Positions 24,064-35,022 of a stretch of 48,502 nucleotides of DNA are shown piece after piece. Position 1 is the stretch's first letter, and every line of letters begins with the position of its first letter. The position numbers and the translations under genes are program-made. Origin of the DNA: Welwitschia mirabilis (Eukaryota); assembly GCA_051453625.1 (NCBI GenBank), contig JBOZIK010000001.1:12303674-12352175 (forward strand), written 5' to 3'. The notes beneath the pieces are model-generated. The model was not told where the DNA came from. It did no database searches and worked only from the letters and a program-made list of their open reading frames with translations.

Positions 24064-25650
24064 ATGACTGCAATTATGGAATTTAGCTTTGCCTGCTGGT
24101 TGGGTCTTTCCCTTGTTCTTCTCGTGGTTTTGCTGAGACTTCTGCAGAATTCCGTAGGGTCAATCCTCCACAGATGGATTGATGGCTGGGTGGTGCGTTG
24201 GAGGCCGTGCAAGCTTTTTAGGGTTCCAGAATTCTATGGCTCGGATGGGTTTCAGCAGCAGAACGATCTTTACAGAAAGGTGAGCATGTATGTGGGCACT
24301 CTGGGGGACACAACAGAGACCCCTTACGTCAATTTGATCAGCCCGGAGATGTCGAAGGAGATTCTGGTGTCTCTGGAGGCGGGGCAGAGTGTTGAGGACG
24401 TGTTTCTGGGCGTGAGACTGCGGTGGATCCATGAAGTTGCAGAGACGGATGGAAGGAGCATGAGGAGCTTCGTTTTGAAGGTAGGAAAGAAGGATAAGGT
24501 TGGACTGCTGAGGCCTTATTTGGAGCACATTGAGGCTGTTGCAGACGACGCAGAGCAGAGATGGAGGCAGCTCAAATTGTTTGTGAATGATTTTTGTGAC
24601 AACTTTTCGAGGGAGCGATGGGCTTCTGTGCCGTTCACTCACCCTGCAACTTTTGAGAGCCTTGCACTTGATTCTGAGCTCAAAAGCGGGATCAAGGCTG
24701 ATATCGATGCCTCTCTCAAGGGCAGGAATTATTATCACAGGGTTGGGAAGCCATGGAAACGGGGCTATTTGTTCCACGGGCCTGCCGGCACCGGCAAGTC
24801 CAGCATGATTGCAGCCATTGCCGCTTACTTGCACTACGATGTTTATGATCTGGACTTGTCGAAGATTCGAGACTGTTCGGATATGAGAATGGCTCTGATG
24901 CAGACCCACAGAAGATCAATCATTGTTGTTCAAGACATTGATTGCTCTGTGGAGTTTGTCAGCAAGAGTGGTGGCTCCGTTGATGGCGAGGAGCTGGGAA
25001 GCGATGGCACCGGTGACATTTGCAGGGTCTCTGTTTCCGCTCTGCTGAATTTCATGGAAGGTCTCTGGTCATGCTGTGGGGAGGAAAGAATTCTTATTTT
25101 TACTGCAAATTCCAAAGAGAAGTTGGACCAGTCTCTGTTCAAAGCAGGAAGAATAGACACGCAATTTTTCTTTCCTCCCTGCAATTTCTCAGCCTTCAAA
25201 GCGATGGCACACAATTACCTGTCACTGAGGGATCACAAGCATTTCACTCTCGTGGAAGAGGCCTTCAGGGCTCCTGGTGTTTGCATGACTCCGGCAGAGG
25301 TTGCAGACGTCCTGTGGAGCCACAAAGGCTCTCCCAGTCGTGCGCTCAGGGCCCTCGTCAGTGCTCTCCATCAGAGCGCAGGCAGGGATGTCCAGAGCCC
25401 TGTTGGGTCCCCCCAGACCCCACACCACTCTAATAACCACCAGGAGACTGAAAGCAAGGTTTCCAGTAAGGGCATGTTGCAGGGCAGAGGAGGCAAAAGC
25501 CAGGCGATTACTGTGAAGAGATCAAGGGGCAATCCAGAGAATTCAGTTATTGATATGAACCAAATGAGGAAGCTGCAGAATCTGTTCAGGCTAAACAACA
25601 GGAAAAGCAAGAAAGCATGGGGCTTTCAGATGGTAGATGACGATTGCTGA
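24064..25650 (+). CDS. BCS1-clade plant AAA-ATPase, At2g46620-like (N-terminal TM helix, AAA-associated domain, AAA domain), intronless, 528 aa
   Basis: Long ORF; hydrophobic N-terminus; FRVPEF..Q.N.LYRKV..Y; FTHPATFESLALD; YYHRVGKPWKRGYLFHGPAGTGKSSMIAAIA.YL.YDVYDLDLS (Walker A 24778-24801); LLNF.EGLWSCCGEERI.IFT.N; GRID; MTPAEV; C-terminal MRKLQNLFRL. First ATG 24064 (alternative 24076). Confidence 0.95.
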   Translation: MTAIMEFSFACWLGLSLVLLVVLLRLLQNSVGSILHRWIDGWVVRWRPCKLFRVPEFYGSDGFQQQNDLYRKVSMYVGTLGDTTETPYVNLISPEMSKEILVSLEAGQSVEDVFLGVRLRWIHEVAETDGRSMRSFVLKVGKKDKVGLLRPYLEHIEAVADDAEQRWRQLKLFVNDFCDNFSRERWASVPFTHPATFESLALDSELKSGIKADIDASLKGRNYYHRVGKPWKRGYLFHGPAGTGKSSMIAAIAAYLHYDVYDLDLSKIRDCSDMRMALMQTHRRSIIVVQDIDCSVEFVSKSGGSVDGEELGSDGTGDICRVSVSALLNFMEGLWSCCGEERILIFTANSKEKLDQSLFKAGRIDTQFFFPPCNFSAFKAMAHNYLSLRDHKHFTLVEEAFRAPGVCMTPAEVADVLWSHKGSPSRALRALVSALHQSAGRDVQSPVGSPQTPHHSNNHQETESKVSSKGMLQGRGGKSQAITVKRSRGNPENSVIDMNQMRKLQNLFRLNNRKSKKAWGFQMVDDDC

Positions 25651-27703
25651 TCTTGTGGTCATTTTTCTCTCATTTCTTGACAATCCTTTACGAAGGTGGT
25701 AACCTGCTCAACCTGCTAGATTGACAGGATTCCCATTCCTCATTTCTTCCATCAAAATTTTTATGGATTATTTCATGATGTGTCTGTAAACTGATACTTC
25801 TTGTTTCCGTTCTTCGCGATTCTCTCATCTGCACTTGGTTTTTGAGGTGCATTAGTTAACTCACATACTCAATTTATCACACAATTGATTTCAGAGTCAT
25901 TGTTGATGAATTCTTGAAATTGTGTCACTCTTTTTTGCCCGAAAGAAAATGTACTCTTACAAATTTAAGCATATCAGAATTACTGAATGCATGATGGCAA
26001 AATTTAAGCTGTTTCTTTGTAAATAGAGCGCTGTTCCCGTTAACTTTGTGGTTGTGAGTTTGATTCTTAAATAACTGAAACGATGAAGGGTTGCATTACG
26101 CTTCTTGTATTTTGGGCAAATCAGCAACTGGGATTGACCTCTCAGCCAAAATAATACGTCCCATAACAAAACAAGGAAAAGAAAATGAAGGCAGAAGGAT
26201 TCAACCATTTGGAATAATAACCAAAAAAGGCAACCCCAAACACTTTTACAGACCTGAAAACAAACAGAGAAATGCACTAAACGCTCAAGGGAAGTAAAGA
26301 AGAAAATGGTGCTGCTGCAGAAGACTTAGAACTAAGCCAATTTTTTTTCAAACGGGGATCAGGAAAGGACATAACTGCAGTATCAGAGCACCAGAGTCAA
26401 GCTCGCAAGCTCAATATCAGACTTAGCCAAGAACACAAAGAACAAGCATGGGTAAGAACTGTGATTCTTCCATTAACAGAACTAAAAGTTGGTAATTGAA
26501 TTGGAGCCCTGATACAGCTTCAGATGTCTTTTGCTCTTTCCCTTATAACTCACTCTGCGACAGAAAGCTTATGAAAAAGAAACAAGTATAAAAGGCCCAC
26601 AGAGGATCCCAGAGCTCTGTAAGGCAAGACTTTTCTTGAAAGCTTGGGGCCTTTGGTAAGTGGTAGCTCTGTTTCTTCACGGATGAAATGCTAACACTAT
26701 GTGAAAGTTAATAGATATGCGAAAAGATGGTCAAGGTGTGAAGTTAAATTTTGTATTAGAGTTTTAATTTCTTTTAATGTTAAACAAAGGTTAGATTTTG
26801 TAATCCATTTGAAAGCTAAAGTGTAAGGTGAAGCTTACGAGTAAATGGGCGGTAAGACTTAAGGTTTCTAAGTTTGACTCAGGCTAAAACCGCAACCATA
26901 TCTAAAGAGTTTAGATCCTTGCACATTGGATGTCAACAAGTTCATTTGCATGATTTGAAATAAAACTCTTCCTTCTTCTTTGGATGTTTTGCTCTACCTT
27001 TGAGAGCTTTACCATGTATTTTTCATGTCTTGCAGCTTTTTTTGTTTTTACTTTTTGTTGTGTATGCTATCATTGATAGTTTTATTACATGAACTTTAGT
27101 GTTTAGCAAAGATGTATCAAATATACACTCGCAAGGCCTTATACAAAATTCATAAGACAAGCCATTCAATCACAAAGCCTGACCATCTAACATTGCATAA
27201 AGACCGTAGTGGATTTCTTTGTGCAAATAAACACTTTTAGAACAGAATAAGATTCATACATGTAAAAAAGAAACCTAGATATTTTCCCTTCAAAGTGTGT
27301 AAATTCATGTTCACAATAACCAAGGATTTCTTCACTTTTGTTAATAAGAAACATTCTCCTATAAACCCTGCACAAGAAGCCTTTCCCTTTCCACATAGTT
27401 CTATGTAAGGCAAGATCCTCTTAATATCCCACCTCTCAATGTTTGTTACACATTATTTCTCTATTATCTTCTCTTTTACATGTTCCCTCATTTAATACTA
27501 ACCATTATTGTCTCAGGTTTTATGTTGAGCTTCGCAAAACCTTCTTTGTCACCCCTACATACTTTCCTCCTTTGTGATGCTCGTCTTAAACTTCAACTAT
27601 AGTACATTTATATTTCCTTTCTTTATTACATCAAACATTCATTAAGCAAATGAGTTACCATAATATAGAGGCTTTGTCCATGTTTTTGTTTTATCACCCA
27701 ACG

Positions 27704-27713
27704 NNNNNNNNNN
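27704..27713. other. Assembly gap (10 N)
   Basis: Run of N. Confidence 1.
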
Positions 27714-28950
27714 TCTTTTTTTTTTTTTCCAAATAAAACAAAGCGTGCCATTAGTAATACTTCATTTTATCCGCTTATCTCTACTTTGTTTTGGAACATT
27801 TACCCTTTTTTGCCTATAAAATAATAATAAACATCAAAACACAATACCAAGGACGTTAGTTATAACCAAAACATCGTTACCCATCTCTACTTACACAAGT
27901 TCAATTCTATATGTATCATCAGGGTTCTATTAACCCCTTGAAATTTGAAGCTATTCTCAACAACCTACTTTATTATTCATCTTTGTTTTTAATTTTATTA
28001 TTTAATAGATTTACCAAAAAGGATGTCATCAAGACCTTTATCTTAGACAACTAATGTTGAAGCATCCATATCAATACAAATAAATATAAAACTGATCCTA
28101 ATGCAAACACAACCTATGAAGACTTTATTTATCTCTAAGCAACTTGTAGCATGAAACGTGGCTTCTCAATACATATTTTAGACTATAGCTATAAAAAATG
28201 TTAAGACAACTACTTTTCTATCCAACACCTTTCTCACCTAATCCTTTGCACACATTATTTTAGCTTTATGAAAAGCACATGTTCATTATTCTCCACCACT
28301 TAAACCTTCTTCATTAATTTCTTAGTCAATGGTTGATAGTCTTCCCATCAGTACAGAGTACTTTTCAAATATCATCTTTGATTCTTTCTTATTCAATGCT
28401 TCGTTTGTCTCTCTTACATTGTTATGCTAGACTTAATTTGAGTTTCATTTTATGGTATCTAACATATATATCAACATTCTAAAATAAACTTTCTTTATAT
28501 ATCAACATTCTAAAATAAACTTTTTTTTTAATAGTATTCAATTATACACCGTAACTAAGAATTTACTCCACAACAATGGCTACAGATTTGTATCCTCCAT
28601 TATCTTATCCTCTTTTAGGGTTTGCAGAAGAGGTAATAAGAACACGTGTAAAGAAAATAACATATAAAAAATTTATTTTATACCTCCCAATATTTTAAAA
28701 AATTAAAAAAAAGCTTTCAGTTCTACAAAATCTTCAAAACTAGGTTGTTAAGTGATAGGCTTGACTAGCTCGCTTCTGCCAAACCAGCCTTTATTATTAG
28801 GTAAGGACAGGGACAGTCAAATGCTACTTTGTTGCTCAAAAAACAAAGGTTTGTTTAAAGCTTATAACAATTATTAAAGGTCAAAACATTTTAAGAATTT
28901 GACATTTATGAATCCATGTTCTGTCCTATTAAAATGTGAAAATGAATTGA

Positions 28951-29447
28951 ACAGGTATTAAAGCATGGTGCCTATCTAATTTGACCCATGCATGTACCAG
29001 GGTTGGTTTCACCATGTTTTGGAGTTAGGTGCTTAAATGTATTTGGGTTGACTTATGGCTCTCCTTGACTGTTCATGTTGTGTGATACCCAAGGTGCAAG
29101 CTTCAACATTTTAGGGACAAATCATAAAGGAGACAGCGACATTTGCTGACTCCATGTCACATTTATGATTGCATGTTTTGTTGTGCTAAAATGGAAAAAT
29201 GAACTGGACAAGTATTAGAGCATGGCGCAAAGCTGATTCAACCCATGTATATTGAACAGTTAGTTCCACCCATGTTTTTAAGATAGAAGCTTTAATGTCT
29301 AAGTTGTGAGATATATAGCATGGAGATTGGCTCAAGTCTCTCCCTGTCTATTTATGGTGTGTGATACAAAAGATGTGAGCTTCAACACTTTAAATACAAA
29401 TCATAAAAGAGACAGAGACATTTGATGACCACTCGTCACATTTAATG
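28951..29447. repeat. Diverged tandem duplication (28951-29167 and 29208-29447)
   Basis: Shared ACA(G/A)GTATTA(A/G)AGCATGG...ACCCATG...GTGTGATAC...AGCTTCAACA...ACAAATCATAAA(G/A)GAGACAG(C/A)GACATTTG...GTCACATTTA. Confidence 0.8.
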
Positions 29448-29728
29448 TGCAGATGCACAGTCGATAATCAACTGCTAAAGCAAATCAGTAACTCTTATAA
29501 GTTAAAAATATTAAAAAAAGGACAAGCATTCATTTACAATGTGATGAGCTTACTTTAGCACAAGGATAGTCATGAGGTAAAATCATTTTACAGGTGACTT
29601 CAAAATAGATTCGCAACTAATGAGAGAACACATCAACCGTATAGAAACTTGCAGTGATCTAAAGATTAAAGGCAATCAAAACCAATATAATCTCAGAAAA
29701 TACTTTGAAAATAATTGGCAGTTGAAAC

Positions 29729-29919
29729 TCAATCATCAGGAGTTATTTTTGTAGAAGGAAAAGTGCCCAAAACATCCATCTTCATGCAATAATCCAAGCT
29801 GATGGCTGCAAACATAAAAGCAAGTAAACTCTCCCCAACTGCAAATGCTGTCTCAATAGCTTTTGGAGCTAAACTGCCAATGCCATCCAAGGGAAGCTCT
29901 ACCTTGAATTGAGTAAGGC
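29729..29919 (-). CDS. Exon 3 of conserved probable plastid membrane protein (At4g24090-like, cyanobacterial-type C-terminal domain)
   Basis: AAACAG acceptor, phase 1; (G)LTQFKVELPLDGIGSLAPKAIETAFAVGESLLAFMFAAISLDYCMKMDVLGTFPSTKITPDD*, stop TGA 29731-29729. Three exons total 969 bp = 322 aa + stop. Confidence 0.85.
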
Positions 29920-30096
29920 CTGTTTGGATGTAAAAAATCAGACCATTTTAATGAAAATTATAAAGGATTTTGCACTACAATTAATCAAACTAATTTGCAG
30001 GCTCCATTAGCAGAGGATGGCTACTGAAATGTTCAATTAGCATAACAGTAGCTACTGAAATTTCCGAAAGTTTGTGCATAAATGGCACCCACCAAC

Positions 30097-30469
30097 CTCT
30101 AACAAGAGCAAAGGCTGCAACAGCGCCAGTTTTCAACTGAGCATTTTCAAGGTTCTGTCTCACTGTATAACGATACGTCACACCAAAAAGGGCACAACTA
30201 ATGAAAACTATTGCCACTTCAGCAACAAGCCCTTCAAAGCTCTTTGCTTGAAAAAGAGCCAGGGGAACACTTCCAAACATCCCAACCACCGCTGAAACAC
30301 CTGCAGCTTTTAGGGACTCGATTCTTTCTGCATTTTCATCAATATCTGAATCCTTCCACTTACTTGAAAGATTACGTATTCTATTTCCCGTTCCAACATT
30401 TAGTAATTCTAACTCTGTCTTTCGCATCCTCCCTTCTAGTTCTGAGAACTCCCTCATACATTCTGCAAT
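30097..30469 (-). CDS. Exon 2 of conserved probable plastid membrane protein (At4g24090-like)
   Basis: TTAAAG acceptor, IAECMREFSELEGRMRK...DENAERIESLKAAGVSAVVG...SCALFGVTYRYTVRQNLENAQLKTGAVAAFALVR G|GTTGGT donor; ERIESLKA / FGVTYRY / LK.GAV.AF.LVRG are the recalled family motifs. Confidence 0.9.
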
Positions 30470-30919
30470 CTTTAAATGAAACAAAAACACATATGTTAGG
30501 GTTTCAAAAATGCATTGACGTAGTATAAAACTTGATTGCATAATCTTGTCCAATGAAATCAATGCTTCAAATATAACTCTGATTTTCTACATAAGTCGTT
30601 TCATATGACTGAAAGTGAGATCTGTTTATCCGAAACCAGACGTGCAGTATCATTGTATCATTCACTTCCAGACAGTAAAAACATAAACACTATTTTATCG
30701 AAACATTTCTCATGCGGTTTTGCAGAAACCCTAATTTCTATGCGTAAATCGAATTTCGTTCCAGATGAATCGAATTTCATTCTCAGCTCAGTAAGGAAGC
30801 AAAAGACAATGCATAAATGCAATTACGCATTAGTTAGATTGTAACTAACCGTGATTCCAAAAGTTGCGAACTATTTTCATATGTTAAACACGGGCTTCAA
30901 CTGAATTTGAAAGTATTAC

Positions 30920-31324
30920 CATTGACTGAGCGCCTTCCAAACTTTTCACAGATTCTTTAAGTTCTGCGGCCCTTCTTTGCTGTCGCTCGACTTCGTCGAG
31001 CTGTTGTCTAGCATTTTGGGCTCTCTGTACAGCAGACTGTAGGTCTGTGAGAAGTTCTTGGTTATCTTTGGAACTCAAAAGCTTTTTCACTTCCCCTTCA
31101 ACAGCATGAAATAACTTATCGTCATCTTGGGATATTTCGCCATTTTGTTCCTGTGAATTGGAGGAACGAAGCCTGATGCTTCTCTTACCGGCCTTTTGCA
31201 CCGACAGGGTCTCATCTGCTACCAGGTGAACGGCTAGTTTCTTATCCGCCACAGAAGATCTGGGAATGTTTGGGCAGACCGGGAGCTGGGCCGATCCCGA
31301 GAGAGGCAACCTTAGGGCCCTCAT
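30920..31324 (-). CDS. Exon 1 of conserved probable plastid membrane protein (transit-peptide-like N-terminus, coiled coil)
   Basis: ATG 31324; 135 aa with S/R/A-rich N-terminus then heptad-like LQSAVQRAQNARQQLDEVERQQ; donor ATG|GTAATA, phase 0 matching exon 2. Confidence 0.85.
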
Positions 31325-32067
31325 TTTCTCAAGGGTCTCGTACCCAGCTGCACGGTTTAAATCGTGTAGTTTAGAAGACCAATTGCTGAAGTAGCTAAAA
31401 CCTTTTTATTTAATATGTGAGAGGGTTTGAAGAGGAATTTAATTGTAGAGCAATGATTTTGTGTTTTTATATTTGTGAATTTGATTTTTAGAAAAAAGTG
31501 TTTTAATAAAAGAAAAAGAAGAAGGAAAAAAGAAATGGATTATAAGGTGTGGGTTATAGAGATGAAATGCATTAGGTGATGACTATACTCTCAAAATGGA
31601 GGAATGGTTATAAAGTTTTCAAGTTTTATATCTCATAAAAAAATTAAATAATGTGACTTACAAAAATAATGTTAATGCATATCTCACTGCTATAAACCCT
31701 AAACCATAGCCTATAGTCTATGTTTTAAATTGCTTTGATTTTAAAATCTTATGGGTATAAGAGTCTTAATACCCATATCTTTTTTTAACATAAAAATGCA
31801 TATTTATGACTAGCTACTTCAGCTAGAAACACAACATAAAATACTCGTTCATTGGCCTCCCATCAAATTGTATAAAGAGTTATTATAATCAAAACTTTAC
31901 ACAAATAAAGATTACTGCAATTAAAATTTTGTACAAAGTTTCACGACTCATTTAGGAGGTTATGACAATTTTATGTACTTAACATCTAAAAGCAATAGCC
32001 ATAAGGATACCTATGGTTGTTGCCCCTCAATAATGGTGTACTTCTTGTAGAGGGCTTGAAATGCTAT

Positions 32068-32200
32068 CATTTGGCATATATGTACGAGGGGCTTCAACAA
32101 TGATACATTGTGAAACACATATATACCTCTTATTCTAATACCATCATTTCGCATATACGTGCAAGAGGCTTCAACAACGATACATTGTGAAACACAAATA
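32068..32200. repeat. Short direct repeat (~57-bp core, 2 copies)
   Basis: TCATTT(G/C)GCATATA(T/C)GT...GGCTTCAACAA(T/C)GATACATTGTGAAACACA twice. Confidence 0.85.
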
Positions 32201-32699
32201 TGTCTTACTCTCAGAATTTCGAGTTTTTATTTTACCTTAATTTTTGTGGGTTTTCAACAAAAATAATCTAAAACAAGTGAAGTAAGATCAAAATATATTT
32301 TCTTTTTCGTTCAACACGTTTGTTTAGTTGTTTTGTCTCAAAGGACATTAAGTTGAGGAACGTGGAAGGAAATGGACTTGACAATGTTTCTATAGGAGTA
32401 AGATACCCTAGAACTTTTTATTTTTAAGAAAAATGAATATTTTTCTTAAGATTGAATGCAAAGTCATGAGGGAATTATAAAGCATGAGAGGATAAGATAA
32501 AGTTATTTAAATAAATATTTTTCTTTTTTAGTAACCTTATTATCCTAATTAATAAATTTTGGTTACACTGAAGGAAATTTATCAAAGAAGTAAAGAAAAA
32601 AGTCTAATGCCATGCAAATAAGATATAAGAAATGTAATGGTGTAGTAAATTCTAAAAAAGTGTTAAATCTAGAACTCCTTTTTATCTTATAGAAAGGAG

Positions 32700-32880
32700 A
32701 TGTGAAACTTGAAGCTTTGAGTAACTATAACTCCTCTTAAAGTATTAACATTACAATTGCCCAAAAAAGTGATGTAATTAGGCCTATGGCCTTTTATCAT
32801 GCTGGTAAGATTATCTAAAAGTTCAAATCACAACCTTCTAAAAGAAGGATGAGTGTAACACTAGCAGAAATACCATCCCA
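32700..32880 (-). mobile_element. Copy of tRNA-headed SINE-like repeat
   Basis: Reverse complement shows ATGGTA...ACACTCATCCTT...AGAAGGTTGTG.TTTGAA...ATAGTTACTCAAAGCTTCAAGTTTCACATC, collinear with the 21549 unit. Confidence 0.6.
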
Positions 32881-33903
32881 TGGGTAATCCATGTTATCTT
32901 ATGATTATAACTAGAGGGGTTCAATAATTGTCATAACATCTAGGTTTCTTAAAAATTTGATTATGCTTAATATTATATTATAGAATGTTTAAAAAGGAAA
33001 ATATCATGTCTTGCCTCTTTAGTCATCTTATTTGATCTTTTACTGTCAAAAATTTATAATAATTTTTTCATCTATTTAACTTTTCAATAGATTATTTTCA
33101 AGGACTTTGTGTGTCATGTCCTTTACTCTTGAATGATTTGCATTCTTTTTTTAAGTCATAAAACTTTAATCTTTTCAAGTTACTTGATGTGCATTCCCTC
33201 TTGTTATAAATCTTATAAATACATTTAGTGTGATTAATAACTTGTGATTGTATAATTTACTTAGATTCATCTCCTTTTTATTCATTCTTTAAGCCATTTA
33301 AAATTTCCTTAAAGTTGGAAATCCATCTAGTTAGACTATTGAAGAATAAATTGACAACTTTAAGTGATATAATTCTTACTAATAAGGAATTGCTAAGGAC
33401 TTAGCCTTATCTATTTCATAATAAAACCTTTTATTGCTCATCACCATACCACATAACAATATCCATGCAATTCATTTTCCAAATAAACATAGAATCTTTA
33501 TATAAGTATAGCCTTTAAGGTCCTTGGAAACTATGCACATGTTTCAAAAACCTTTATAGAATATCATTAAATTCTTAAGGTAACCCATAAAAATTCTCTA
33601 GTAATATGCTTTAACATATCATAAGTAGTTTTCCTAATTATCTAGAAAATTAGAAGTTTAAAGGACTTAAGCTAAAGGTAAAAGGGATCTTAGACTTTGC
33701 TTTTACAAAGATTAAAATATTAAAGAATGTATTAGATAAATTTGTGCTATTTGGTACAGTTAAAAAAAAAGGAAAAAAACAAAAAGTAAGAAGTAGAGGA
33801 ACTAATTAATTGAAGAAAATCTTTAAGTTAGAAAGGAAAACTACAAAAATGAAATATGACATTGCAAAAAAAAAAAAAAAAAAAAAATAAAAAAAAAATT
33901 AAT

Positions 33904-34003
33904 NNNNNNNNNNNNNNNNNNNNNNNNNNNNNNNNNNNNNNNNNNNNNNNNNNNNNNNNNNNNNNNNNNNNNNNNNNNNNNNNNNNNNNNNNNNNNNNNN
34001 NNN
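33904..34003. other. Assembly gap (100 N)
   Basis: Run of N adjoining a tandem repeat. Confidence 1.
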
Positions 34004-34231
34004 CCCAATACATTTGGGCTGCATACAGATCTGGACGTCCCGTTTTGCAGGTCGGACGTCCCAATATATTAGGACCGCATTTAGAGCCGAACGTCCCATT
34101 TAGTAGGCTGGACGTCCCCATACATTTGGACCGCGTCCAGAGCCGGACGTCCCAGTTAGCAGGTCGGACGTTCCCATACATTTGGACCGCGTCTAGAGCC
34201 GGACGTCTCAGTCTGAGAGGCGGACGTCCCG
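34004..34231. repeat. GC-rich 56-bp tandem repeat (about 4 visible copies), two GGACGTCC palindromes per unit
   Basis: Unit starts at 34004, 34060, 34116, 34172 (CCC(A/C)ATACATTTGGACCGCGT.TAGAGCCGGACGTCCCAGTTAGCAGGTCGGACGT). Confidence 0.95.
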
Positions 34232-34596
34232 TTTGGCATAGCTTCTAATTTTTCACATGAAACGATGTGCTGATACCAGTCCTTTGCTCATCATTGAAAC
34301 CAATTATCTCTACAGACAAGTCAACATTTAGTAATGGTTAATGTGGACATTGCAAAAAAAAAAAAAAAAAAAAAGGAAGATAAAGGTAATGTTATCATAA
34401 ACCTTTTTTTTTTAAGTTCGTGAGACTGTCAAGACTAATTTGCAATCATTATATATATCATTCCTATTTGTATAATTGAAAGGTATCTTTTAGTTAGAAG
34501 AATTTATAGTTAATGAATTTGTGAAGACATGCATTGTGTAGTCATATGCTTGATTGTTTATCATAGGTATATTCTAATGGGAACATAGTATTATTA

Positions 34597-34997
34597 GAAG
34601 GTGTTTAACTTGAAACTTTTAGTGATTATACCTACCACTCAGAGTATAACTCCATGACAAACAAATGACTAAATTATACCTAGGGCCTTAGAGTTTGCTA
34701 AGTACAATATCTAAAGGTTTAAAACCAATAGCGCCTAAATGAAAGATGAGTGTTCCACTAATTAGACTAGCCGCTCATGAACGGAATACAATATTATTAT
34801 TTAAGACTTTTAGTAACCATACCTTCTTGAGAAGAGAAACCACCACAATTACCAAACTTAATGATTTTAAGTATAGATAGAGCCATGATTAAATTATGCC
34901 AAGGCCTTACAGTTTGACAAGTATAACATCTAAAGGTTCAAAACCAATAGCTCCCAAATAAAAGATGAGTGTTTCACCTATTAAACTATCCTTTCAT
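34597..34997 (-). mobile_element. Two tandem SINE-like units (34597-34778, ~34800-34997); third unit continues at 36693-36866
   Basis: Repeated ACTTTTAGT(G/A)A(T/C)(T/C)ATACC...ATCTAAAGGTT(T/C)AAAACCAATAGC...AAAGATGAGTGTT; reverse complement of the 21549 unit. Confidence 0.7.
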
Positions 34998-35022
34998 TAG
35001 TAAGAATACAACATTATTATTT

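Noticed and set aside
23529-25610. Antisense and alternate-frame ORFs overlapping the AAA-ATPase and its promoter (e.g. 24160..24909, 23529..23993, 25020..25433)
   Set aside because: Shadow ORFs of a GC-richer coding region with no recognisable motifs.
31694-31702. AAACCCTAA telo-box upstream of the membrane-protein gene and scattered TTTAGGG
   Set aside because: Single heptamers are expected by chance in this base composition; no telomeric array.
34004-34231. Regularly spaced palindromic GGACGTCC motifs suggesting a CRISPR-like array
   Set aside because: The intervening sequences are themselves repeated (56-bp period), there are no unique spacers or cas genes, and the context is eukaryotic.
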